Shown here: piece by piece, positions 44,432-56,499 of the stretch | Position numbering within the stretch: position 1 is the first letter of the stretch | Layout: each line of letters begins with the position of its first letter | Source of the DNA: Trichinella spiralis | Lineage: Eukaryota | NCBI RefSeq assembly: GCF_000181795.1 | Contig: NW_003526940.1 | Span: 1,213,527 to 1,277,526 of the forward strand | Direction of reading: 5' to 3' | DNA: 64,000 nucleotides | Made by a program: the position numbers and the translations under genes | The notes under the pieces: model-generated | Told to the model about the DNA's origin: nothing | Seen by the model: only the letters and a program-made list of their open reading frames with translations | The model's database searches: none

Positions 44432-44986
44432 CCCTTTGCAGGTCAGGTGAAATTTGAACTTCAAACGGTCAAATGGAGTATGAAATGTACCCCATACATT
44501 TTTTGTAATTGCGTCGCTTTTTTGAAAAACAAATGATTTTTATTAATTTTCTGAATATAAATGATTATAACTGTCAGCAAATCAAATTAGTTCAAACATA
44601 ATTTCTACAAACTTTACGTGCATGCAATGTTTCCCTAAATGCATGCTGTCTGCATATCCACTTTTGGCTGATGGAGCATTGGAAATCTGTTTTCTGGTCA
44701 TTTTTTCTTGGGCACTTGTGACTTAATTTCCAGTGTGACTTAACTTCCAAATATTGGTGAAAAGTCCAGATCACGAAAGATTAGGTGGGGAATAGAATCA
44801 ACCCCAACAACAAAATCGCTATAATTCCTGATCTACTAATTATATACGCTTGAAAAAATCATATCGTGTAGAATTGTATAAAATTCAGCTAAAAAAAGAT
44901 CTGGCATTAAAAAAAGCAGTGCGGCAGAGATATTTGCCAAAAGCAGCGGTGGGGTACAAAGTGTACCCCACTTGACCTGCGAAGGG
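44432..44986 (-). mobile_element. Non-autonomous piggyBac element (555 bp) with TTAA TSDs
   Basis: TTAA|CCCTTTGCAGGTCA ... TGACCTGCGAAGGG|TTAA. Subterminal palindrome GTGGGGTACAAAGTGTACCCCAC. Internal remnant of the piggyBac C-terminal Cys-rich domain CPRKNDQKTDFQCSISQKWICRQHA. Confidence 0.92.
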
Positions 44987-46814
44987 TTAATCTGAAAATT
45001 ATTTCACTGATTTTATTGTTTCATTAGTTCAAAGTTGTTTTACTGTGATTTCATATTACATGAATGTTTTTAATTTTTCTCCAGAGTCGTGATTTTATTA
45101 GATGATAACTTCAAACATTTTATTTTCTAATAATTCATAATTGTGAATGGCTACATTTTTTAACATTTCATTGGTTAAAACGTTTATGTTCAATTTCCAC
45201 AATTTTAAGTGTAATTTTTAATGTTTTGAAATTTTTATTAGCATTATTTATATCCTATTTTATGAAGATTTATTATTCATCAGAATATTCAGTTCTAATT
45301 TTCTGCTTGTCAAACTATGAAGGTTAATGACGGAAAGTTTTTGCTGCAAGCTGCAATATTTTAAAACATTAATGAGTAGTTGATACGTTAATTGAACAGA
45401 AAAGTAAAGGCTAGTTGTACTAAACAAAGTTGTGCATTTCCATATTTTCTAATGAAATGAGTATATTGAGAAAAACATTCCTAATTTTAAGGATGAAATG
45501 TCTGCCGTAAATCAATGTAGAAATAAGAAAAGTAATCTCTCTTTAAAACTCGCTCAAGTTATTGTGCTAATTTTGTACAAAAATGAAATAATTTTCTTCA
45601 CTAAGGAGAACAATAAAGTAACATAAAAGTTGCGCTGATAACATTTTTGAAAATGCTTTGATCAATCATTAAATGTATAAATCAAAATATTATATAAACT
45701 AAATTTACACATCTACAAAAGAATATTTCGACTAAAAACTGTTTTTATGAAAATTCAGAACTCTTTTGTCTGGCGCGTCTAGTCTGTAATTGGCTGAAGA
45801 ATTGCAGCATTTGAAAAATTGACCACTGTCCATAGTTTTTATTAAAAATCATCCTTAGCTTAACAACTACTTGGGATAAATCAACGTAACTATGAACGTG
45901 TTACTTTCTGAACTATTTTATCAAAGCAGTTGAAATCAAATTTGAAATCAAAAGCAGCAGTTCAACAGCTCTGCTGCTTCTAGCTAGATGAACATTTCTT
46001 TACTTACAAATTATCCAACCTGAAAGCTCAATGCCAATCACAATAAGTGTTCTGTTAAAAGCTTTGCATTTTTGAAATAATAAATGGCTGCAATGATATG
46101 TTTATCTCAATCGCATCGAAATTTTAATATACGTGAGGTATTAAAAATCTCTTTTGACGGTATTTTGCGCAAGCGCGTCATCTTGAACAGAGTTAGAGTA
46201 AATTATCAACTTTAGTTTAGAATAAAATTTTCCATTGCAATTAATGAAAATTAAAATGTGCTGAGCTACAATATTTTGTGTTTCATTTTCAATATATTTC
46301 CTATACAATTTTGATAACCACTAAAAAAATTGGCCGCAGTTTCAAATGTCACAATAGATTGAGATAAGAAAGATTTTTTTGCGTTTTATCCACTTATTTT
46401 ATTTTGCTAACATGTGCTTGTTCTTTAATGAATTGCATCATCCTCAGTGAAGACCGGCATAAACGACGACTTGGTCATTTATTTAATAATCATTGGTATA
46501 TTGTTCAACACGTTGCTTCTTTTCAGCATAGAGTTTTTCCTTAAATTTTTTTGTGGTGGCGTTTCTTGATTTCAGTTGCTGAAGTAACGTCTCTGTTACA
46601 CCTTACTCTTTGGTCAGCAGAGCAAGAAACTCATACAACTCCTGAGATCGACATACAAGTGCTGCATTATGACCGGCAGTCAACTGTACTGGAATCTGAA
46701 TTATCCTCTCGCTTTAATTCTTGAAATTGAGACCATCTCACAGTACAATAGTGCAACAATAACTATTCATTAATCAGTCATTGCGTTAGATTATTGATTA
46801 TTGATTCTGATACC

Positions 46815-47505
46815 TCATTTCGATATGTTGATTGACCAGCGTGCTGAAAGCTCTTTCATGAAACGCTTCTTTGTCTTCTGATAACTTTGCTGGTGGCTTA
46901 TTAATAAGAATGCGTTGTTGATGCACACGTCAACGATGAGGTACAAAATTAGCATGGTGTATCTTTTGGTCTTCCTTTTAAAGCAAAAGTAATATATTTT
47001 TGCATCCATGCTATCCACGTCTTCTTTGCCAAACTTATAGTCATTGGTAATGTTTATTCTTTTATCATCTCTCTGGTTGTCTATTTTCAACTTTGTGTGG
47101 CTTGAAGACATCAGAAGAACAGTCCTTTCTTCCTTTGAATGATTACCTTTGATCATGATTACCTTTTTGTTGTACTCAAAAGCAGCCAGTGTTGAGTGAA
47201 CATCACGTCCTCTAGTTTTCTGCACACATAATGGTACATCGCGGCAATTTGCAGAATCTGTATCTATAGCTGTTAGACCATGCTCAAGAAAATATTGCAC
47301 AGTTGAATATGATGCAAAATAATGGTGCATAAAAACGTTTCTGTTAGAATTCACAAATGAATGTGCAATTGCTCAACAGTGGTGTTTACTAGACCAATTT
47401 GGCGTCCGTCACTACTTTTGCCAGCATATAACACATCTTTCAGAGCATAACTATACTCTGCGCCATATATCCAGTTAATCTTCACACCGTACTTTGCTGA
47501 TCAAA
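46815..47505 (-). pseudogene. Decayed piggyBac transposase (DDE_Tnp_1_7) fragment
   Basis: AKYGVKINW (~47470-47500), SNRNVFMHHYFASY (DNxF motif mutated), VLLMSSSH, DYKFGKEDVDSMD (YNxxKGGVD motif), KRKTKRY, DVCINNAFLL. Frameshifted; no TIRs seen. Confidence 0.85.
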
Positions 47506-49899
47506 TGGTCATATGGTCAAAATGTATGGTCATATGCAAAAGTGGCCACCATAAATTCACCACATTCGATTATATTTAGCAATAAATTACCGCATAATGG
47601 ATATTTTTCACCCATATTTTAAAGCTGCCACATTATTCATTCATACTTATAGCCTTCTTCATAACAACGGACAACGACGTAGATCGAAAAGCTGAATGTA
47701 GCTATAACAACTTTACCAAAGTAAGAGCCCTAACTAACCGCAACAAGTGAAAAGATAAAATACATAAATGAAAATGAAAGTAAAGCAATGAGGGGGGAAG
47801 CTGTGAAAAGGCAGTTTACAGTAGCTATGATCACGTGATTCCTTATTTGATGGTAAGCTTAGCAACTAGTGCAAACATATCTGGAAATGCAAACCGTGCG
47901 CTCCCAGGTTAGCATAGTCTAATACAAGGTGGAAATAACGTAAAATTTGAGTAAATACGTAATGAATGATCCTATAGGAACATAAAATGGCTTATGCCCG
48001 CATATTGTTCATGTACTGCTAGTTTGCTAAGTAATAGTTTTCATTTTATACTGAGCTGTGGCCTTTGAAACCTTGTGATCTCCTGTTATTTGGTTTGTAC
48101 GCAAAGTATTGTGTGTTGATCAGCATACATTTGAAGAAATAAAATTACAAAAGCAATTCCGTATGTGAAGTAATATGAAAATAGCTTGTAATCAGTAAAA
48201 TATGAAAGAGTGAAACATTTGAATATACCCAAATTTAACAAAAACAGATGTAAAATATCACTGGAATTTGACACGTAAAAGCTAAGCAAATGAAAGGAAG
48301 TGCAAACACGAAGCTTATATAATTTAGCTTGAAAATATTGCAGTTTTACACAGTTGAACAACAAAAGTCTGTCTCACAAAAGCTGTGATCACAAAGATGA
48401 AAAATGATAATTGTGCATAAGATAAGTCAGTGGCAAAACACCCATATTAGTTTAAAATTTGATAAGCAACTATCATCCAATAACAGATAAAAGCTGAATA
48501 GGCAATGAAATTGTCCAGTTTATTTACTCAGTTGGTGCTCAACGCAGTACAGCCTATTATTGAACAGCCAATCAAAAATAAGGCACCAAAATTGAGCGCA
48601 AAACGGAGTCCTCTTCCCTTTCCAGATATTTCATTAATTCTGCCCGAAAATAGAATCATATCACTTACAAAATTGTATTAAACAATATTCAGTGATGAGT
48701 GTCTGTCGAAAATGGTTCAGACAAAATGGAGAGCTCTCTAATGTAGGTAATGCAGAATTGATTTCAGAAGAATTTGCGCACAATGAATAAGTTACTAAAA
48801 AAATTGTGAAATTATACACTAGACGTAGTAGCACCCCAGAATTATCAAAAAATGATAATTAGCAGAACGACTTATCAGTTGGCTTGACATTCTTTAACTT
48901 GCTGAATTAATAAAACGATGCTCATGTAAAAAACTGCGTAACAAACAGCAGCATTTGCTTCTACAAGTATGGTTACCATCTTTGATAGTGTGTCTAGCAA
49001 CAGCTATAAAAGAAATGCATTGGAAGGGTGCGTTTGTAGAACAGTAATTTTATGTTCATCTCTTTGAATATGACAATTATAATCATTTATTATTTGGCCA
49101 GACAAGAATTTTACTCTGCACCTACTAAATTGAACAATTATGCTGAGCCATAATTAATATACTAAACATTGAGTCATTTCTTTTGAAATAAAAATTAAAT
49201 CCCTGTGATAAAACAAATGGTAATGAAGCTATTCCAAGCAATTAATTTCCATTTAAAAACCATACTAGTTGATTAAAGTACTTACCTAAGAGTTTATAAG
49301 GTTATATAACTTTATAAGTTCATATACTCATACAATGTTTCATAATAGCAAACATAAAATATTTCACATAATAACAATTTTTAATACATAATTTTTTCAA
49401 TGAATAATTGGTTCTTGCATCATTATTATTACACATTACATGCACTTAACATTACCATTTAAAACAAAATATCAACATTTACATGAACGTGATATATGGT
49501 ATATAATTTATTTTGAATTTCACATGCCTAATTTAACTGACTTCACTACATAGTGCAAAAAAAGTTGTGTTACTTAATGCAAGTTTATGTCATGGACAGA
49601 AAAACAAAAAAGTTGCATCTTAAAAGAACAAACAGTAAATATGGCTCTCAATCCTTAGTTTCACGGCAGCGTCACAGACGCGTCTTGAAGGACCAAAACA
49701 GTGCTAGTCACGCACAAACTAGTGGCACACGCCACATTTCTGTTGATGTTTATTTTCAGGCTTTCAGGAGCACATGCAATACCTTCCTTTTCTGCGACGT
49801 TCTTTATGAAATCCTGAGCTTGCAATCACCGCTCGCATCATCCTTTGAACATTTCTCGGCAGTACGGTAAAACTTGGGATGGTACAGTTCAGGCCATAT

Positions 49900-50335
49900 T
49901 TTGACCCAATTTTCTTATTGGTCGTAAAACGCGCTATTTCATTGGACCATCGTGACGTTGTCTTATTGGTTGATTGAAACAAGCTTAATATAATTTTTGA
50001 ATAATATTTTCATTATTAGTGCTACGTCACTAATGTTGAAGTTACATAATTCTAAATGAAATATTCAAACCAATGTAATAAAAATATTACAGTTAATCAC
50101 AACTGAAATCCACAGATGGTTTGAGGTGACTCTTAGACTGGATCCTGATCTGCCCCGTTTGCTTAGGGATTTTTGAGAGACTTTTTCTCCCTCTTATTTT
50201 AAGTACTCCTAGAGACAAAATAATGACAATATTTCTTATTCGAGAATTATATTAAGTTTATTTCAATCAATCAATAAGACAACAGTATAAAGGTCCAATA
50301 AAACAGCGCATTTTACGACCAATAAGAAAACGAGG
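49900..50335. repeat. Two oppositely oriented copies of the CCAAT-box repeat family
   Basis: ATTGG at 49917, 49941 and 49965. The inverted copy runs ~50020-50335, with TCAAT/CCAAT at 50271, 50295 and 50319. Confidence 0.75.
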
Positions 50336-51499
50336 TCAAAATATAGCCAGATCTGGACCAAAGCGTGAAACTTGCGCTTATTCGCCTCTGTATGTGAGGC
50401 AGAACGAAGTCTAGCCAAAATTGTTTAGGAACAATCTTGAACATTGTGACACTTAACCATGGAAAGATAGCATTTTGTAGAATATATTTCAACACATTCA
50501 GGGCGGCAAATCAAGGACGTTCATAAAGTGAACCAGTGGACATACCCTGTCTTGAACATCACCAAGTGCTGTATTCTTTGATCATTTTATTAAGCATGCT
50601 CACAGCTCCCTCGCACTGATTATAGTAAAATATAACAGCAGGCTTGTGATCATTCGTTTCATCTGATATAGTAAAATCTATTCTCTGCCTAGACAGCACT
50701 ATCATGGTGACACAACTTTAACTATAAAAAAAAGCAATCTCGCTCAGATTTTCTCAAAATAATTGATTAATTAAAATTAAAGTTCATCAAATAATTGCAT
50801 TTTAAAACTATCTGAATAAAAGATATAAATTAAAAGTAAAAGAGGTGTAAATTAATTCACAATTGACCATTGAGAGGAAAGAAATAACGAACAAATAAAA
50901 CGCATCAGCGCGGCAGCTAAAAAATATAAATAATCGTAATAAAAATATAAATAAATAATCGTGAATCAGTGAAATTTAGGAGAAAAAAGGAGGCGGAGTT
51001 AGTTGGAGGAAACGGGTCTCCCCTTTGCAAATTTTACAAAACCCAATAATTAAATCAGATAAATATTATAATGACGACAGCTGTCATTCTCACTGACAAT
51101 GATTTTTCTTGGAGGATGAAGTTACTCACCAGGTTATGGTAATAATAAAAAATTTTTTTTGAAGCACAAATGGGTACACCATCCTCCTTGTAAGTACTCG
51201 TGCTTTTGAAGCAAAATTTGCCTTGCATTTGCAAATTTTGTGTGCCTTTAATTAGGCGTATAAAATTTAGTCTAAATTATCTTATTAAATTGCACTTAGG
51301 TGACTGTGGATACTGCATTATACGTGTTATTTATTTCATGTTAGAATTACGTCACTTATAAAGTGTATTCATACTAGAAAACTTATTCATTAAAAAGATG
51401 TGTTTATGTATTAAAATAATATAGGGAAACATTCCTTGGTTGTTATCATGAAATTACATATGAGAAACTTCAAGAACCGTAGCGAAATCATGAATTCAT

Positions 51500-52428
51500 T
51501 TAGCCGTGTAGAGTTTTTGCCATAGCAAAAAACGCATGTGATCAGATCGTTGCTGAGATGTCAATGAAGCATTTCTACTCTGGTTCAGGAAAGCAAAAGC
51601 TCTGAATCGTCCGGTGAATGAACCTGTTTTGATGGAAAGGGCAGAAGCGTTTGCCAAAGAATGGAACGTTCTGTTTACCATGAGTACTGGCTGGTTCGAA
51701 AGATTGAACGTTAGGCATGGAATTTTTTTAAATGTGTATGCAGAGCATCTAAACGTGGCGGCGGATAAACAGAATTATACCTGCGCATCTTATTGACACC
51801 TTTTTACCGCAACGCAAGGTAGTGGGACGCGAAAAGACGTAACGTCAGAAGAGCGCGCTCGGCGAAGAAAATCGGTTGCTCTTTTGGCTACGGTTGCGCA
51901 TTCTCGATTGTTGTCCTCGTATCGTACTCGATGTTTATTTAAATAATAAATATTTAACCGTTGGTGATGGTTGATAACCATTCAGCACTGATGAGCGCTA
52001 CATAAGCATGTTTCCCAGCAGCAAGCGGAAAACTGGTTGAATGGAACTCTGCTCAAATTATTTGGAGGATATCCAGTAAAGGATATTTTCAGTGCTGATG
52101 CGACTGCTACATTTTTTCATTGTCTTCCGCAGAAGACGCAGACCAATTACGATGCTTTGTCGAGAGCCAGAGAGACAGCGTGTTCATATTCAGCTATATA
52201 GACAAATCAGAAGATTTCTCTGCTAACAGTATTCACAAAGAACAGCTAAAAATTACCAATTTTTTGAAGTTACATTACAGGAAAACTCTTCATTGTCTTT
52301 TGTGACCAATGATATTCAATGTTGACGAAAAATCACAGTGTTTTTCAAAAGTTCAGATACAACGAACTATCCTTATAACGAATGAATTTGTTCTGTATTC
52401 TGCAGTTTGCTATAACTGAATTCCACTG
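51500..52428 (+). mobile_element. Decayed, internally deleted Tigger/pogo DNA transposon
   Basis: CENP-B HTH: LLWFRKAKALNRPVNEPVLMERAEAFAKE..FTMSTGWFERLNVRHGI. DDE start GYPVKDIFSADAT (cf. DIFNADET). C-terminal QLKITNF. Right TIR-like end ...TATAACTGAATTCCACTG|TA. Confidence 0.8.
51754..52002 (+). mobile_element. Older solo LTR of the same family as 22855-23109, nested in the Tigger relic
   Basis: Starts CGTGGCGGCG..AATTATACCTGCGCATC (cf. TGTGACGGCG..AATTGCACCTGCGTATC) and ends GAGCGCTACA. Flanks TAAA/TAAG; similar length (249 bp). Confidence 0.65.
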
Positions 52429-52589
52429 TATTTATAATCAGGAAGTTGAAGGAAAGGTAAATGCTAATGGAATTAAGTTTCTGCCAGGGCACCTTGTACC
52501 CAACGGTTTTTAAATCTTAAATGTTGGGACGTCAACTCAAGTCGAGTTCGAGTACTTTCAGCGGATGCGCCTTTCAGCGACCAATATTT

Positions 52590-52915
52590 CACTTTGGAAT
52601 GTGCATGGTGGGGCTCTGTAAAACCAACAACCATGTGGAAAGGCGGCACAGTCGCATGAACAAGATGACGCAATAGCACTGCCTGGAATTTTATCTCTTT
52701 CTCCATTTGTTGATTGATAACAAATGCTGTACAGATAGTAGGATACAACGGAGACGGTGGTGCAACAGATGAACGCTGACTACATAATGAGTAGAGACTC
52801 TGTAAGAAGTAGCGCAGCTTACAGAGTGAAGCAGCAACAAGTAGCTGAGCTTACAGGTAGACTGAACACACATCCGATTAGTATACGGCTCTTTTTAAGA
52901 GCCATGACACAATGT
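52590..52915 (+). mobile_element. MULE/Mutator-like transposase C-terminal relic
   Basis: WNVHG...KTNNHVERRHSRMNK (cf. RTNNxxEGWHxxxN), then FYLFLHLLID. Frameshifted. Confidence 0.6.
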
Positions 52916-54177
52916 TGCACCAGGACCCATTTATTTTTAATCACATTTCGAATATTTATTGGTTATTATTGTTATATATTACATTATATTGTTATATTGT
53001 ATATATTTATTCGTTATTATAGCATTGTACATATTTGTATTATGTATATATTTTTATGCAGTGGACATATTGTAATATGATTCGCATTTGTTTTGTTGCA
53101 AAATAAAACACTGCCTATTATATATTTGTCTACTGCTGAAGCTAGCTGGAAAGTTTATATACAAAAAATATTGTTCGCTGATCATGGTGAATTTAATGAA
53201 ATAAAAGTAGAAAAGCAGTTTATCAACTGAAATAATTATATTTAGCAATCAGTAAAATGTGAAACTATGAAGCCTTTTTAAAAACGCTACTTTTAAAGTC
53301 ATATTCGTTTTCACTTTAAAAAGAAAGTAAAAAAAATTTTAAATAAAAAGTAAAATATTACTACAAGACTAATGTGAAATACCACTACAATTTGAACTAT
53401 GTCATAAGCTAATTAGTCACTGAGATCAAAAGCAAAATTTGATAAACAATCATCATCCAACCACAGATCGAAGTTGAATGGCTAATCGAATTGCTTAATT
53501 TATTCGCCAATAATCGTTCAACTGAAAACAGCCTATCAGTTAACAGCCAATAATAAAAATGAAGAGAACGGAAGAATGGGCAAGACAAGTCAATCTCATG
53601 GTGTGCATAAACGCAAAACTGTAGCTGAAGAATATTTCTACAAAACATTGGTAATGAAAGGATTAACTGAAAGACCGCTTTCCCAGCACATTTTCAAAAC
53701 AAGGCCACTTACAAGTCCTTCTACTGCACGATCACCAAGTAGCCATTTAATGAATCGTTGAGTTATCCCTTCATATCTAAAATCTGTAGGCAAAATTACT
53801 TTAATTTCCAATTCTTTCAATTGCGTTTTGTCAGAAATGTTTCTTGAAATGTCTTTGATAGTCTGATCTGTTTTTATTTGTACTTCAATCATCATCGGTG
53901 TACATCGGATCATCTTCGGTCAGAATCTTTACAATATGAGAATAGAGCAATTCCACTTTGTCATAATCATTTGAATGATTCAGGACTGAATTTTGAAACA
54001 TTCCTGATGATTTATCATCAAAATACGTTACAATCACCGTCACTCGTTGAGTACTCATCATATCATCAAGTCTTGTGATAATGAGAATTGTTGTTGATGT
54101 CCACTAACATATCTGACTGCTGTCGTCGAATGCAATATTTTACGGCGACTGACGCACATTCATTCTTTAACGAATTA

Positions 54178-54178
<1 letters not shown>

Positions 54179-54216
<38 letters not shown>
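54179..54216. repeat. (AC)n microsatellite
   Basis: About 15 perfect AC units, directly visible. Confidence 0.95.
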
Positions 54217-54394
54217 TAATACTACTGGATGCCTATATACTGACTCATGCTTCTATTACTGTAACCATATTACCTGCATTCATATGCTGATGGTCACAAA
54301 CAACGCATTATTTAAAGTATCCATTAAACTATTCAAATAAAATAATTCAGTAAAATATAAAATATTAATTAAGTAATTAACATTTTATGTTTTA

Positions 54395-55830
54395 ATGTTA
54401 CACACATGTTTACTTGAATACTCTGTAATAAATTCAGCGTTTTGTTGACTCTCTGAGTCACGGGAGTGCTTGCGTAACGCTTGGGATATAGGTCGCAGAT
54501 ACAATGCGAAGCCTGATCCGGGTGGTCCTTCCGGCGGGAGACGCAATTGGTTACTACCCGACCGCATATAAAAGCCAGGCAAGTCACACGGCAAAAGGTA
54601 CCGCTCCCCTGTATGCATCGCTCAAGACCGACGGCGGTGGAGAGACAGGCGCCTCGATCAACGAGAGTTTGGCCAGGCTGCGGTGGCAGCTGCGTGTCAA
54701 CTGGTTGACAAAAGAACAATGAGAATTGACTTATGATCAGGATGGTCGCGAGGCTTTGGTTCCCCTTTGGCTTTATATAAACACGCTGAAATTGAGAAAG
54801 AACAGATCTGTGTGAATTGCAAAAGACAGAGTCCTTTGAAGAGCTATGAAAAGAGGCATTAAATAAGAAATCGAGAGAAGATCGAAGAGTGACATTAATG
54901 CACAGCAGACTGATGCTGGACAACAAAGTGCAGAATTAAGATATCGTTACTTAAATTGCTCATTGGTTCATGTTGTCAAAATTATATCTTGTGTCATCAT
55001 CAATGGAATAAAATCTCAATTCCTCTGTACTGTTTTGCAGCGGACACGGACCGAACTAATGAGATCTTTCCTGCAGAAAATGAAGGCGAAGAACACTGAA
55101 GCTACAGTATGAAGAATAATACATGAAGATCGGAGGAGCGGTAAGGTAAGGGTTGTTTAGAGGAGTGTTGGCAAGTTGCCAGAAGTGTGTGCTCGTGTTT
55201 TACATCGTCGTCGATCCTGGTTTCCGATTGTCTAATAAAGTATATACTCATTGCTTGTTCTTTTGTTGTCGCAATGCCATCAGGAAAGCGCGAGACTGAG
55301 CGAAAGGGAAATGCACCAGTCAATACCGGCCTGTCGCCAAATAGCGATGGACGCGCCAATGACGCGGTGGAAGAAGCGGAGGAGCCCGCTCGAGGTAGCG
55401 GCGCGTTACAGTTTGTTGTTGCTTAGTTCAGATTGAAGAGACCAGCGACTTTGTTTAGAACGCACATCAGAGTTCATACTGTAGGAAATACCTTGAAAAT
55501 CAGATAATTGATTTTTAGCATACTCTATACAAAATTACAAAAATGTCAATGTTGAAAACTCCCTCCGTTTGAGCCTGAAGATCCCTATTTGCTACCGTAA
55601 CCGACGGCTGGTGTTGTGGTGACGTAATCGGCGAGTGCGAGGCGAGTGTGAACGCGTGTGAAAAACGTGACCTTGTGTGTGTATGTGTGTGTGTGTGTTA
55701 GCGTGTAATTGTTGTGTGTGATTCTTCCCGAGTAAATCTTAGTTTCCGTGCGTTGTTGTTCCCGAACTGTAACTAACGCTCATAAGCCTGAGAGAGGGCC
55801 AGTGAGCCGTTAGTGAAATTCAACTGTTCC
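54395..55830. mobile_element. GC-rich cluster of probable LTR-retroelement fragments
   Basis: Sharp rise in GC, LTR-like segments with AATAAA (~54431, ~55234), TG-rich tract at 55670-55720, and a gag-like KLPPFEPEDP at ~55556-55585. No intact ORF. Confidence 0.4.
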
Positions 55831-55989
55831 GAGTACAGTTGGATCGAATACAGTCAAATTTTATGAACTTTAAAAAATCACAGAAAAAAAACATTAAGAA
55901 TTTAATACATAAAAAACAAATTTTAATAGAAAATAATGGCAAAAAGATTATCTGGCTATTCTTTGATGTTTCATTAATAGCTTTTCACC

Positions 55990-56200
55990 GCCTTTTCTTA
56001 CTGGTCGTTCAACGCGCTTTCTTATTGGACCTTCAATTCGTCGTCTTATTGGTTTTCCTTATCTAATTGCTCATTGATTCAAACTCTTCAATTGTGATTA
56101 GCTGTAATATTTTTTCATTTCATTGGTTCAAATATTCCATTTAGGATTACGTAACTTTAAGAATAGAGACGTAACAAAAAAGATAGAAATACAACGATTC
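55990..56200. repeat. Copy of the CCAAT-box repeat family
   Basis: ACTGG/ATTGG at 56000, 56024 and 56048; long matches to 30668-30800. Confidence 0.8.
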
Positions 56201-56229
56201 CAAAGAAGTATAGTGTAGGAACAAGTTTC

Positions 56230-56239
56230 NNNNNNNNNN
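56230..56239. other. Assembly gap (10 N)
   Basis: Run of n. Confidence 1.
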
Positions 56240-56499
56240 GTTTTGCTGGCTTCTGAAAATTCATCCCTATCTATACCATGTTCAAAATATCGATTGTTGG
56301 AATCCCATTTCAACGTCTGCAAGCCTCAGGATCGGCTTGCGATTAGTTACAGAGCCGTTAGTGGACTTCATTTCTGCAATAATTTAAACTGTTGTCTCAT
56401 CTTAAACGAAGAATTTATTTATCTGCAGGTAGTAATGTTAAAATTACACATGTAAAATAAAGAAACAACTATTGGAGGAAATGACACGACCAACATCAA

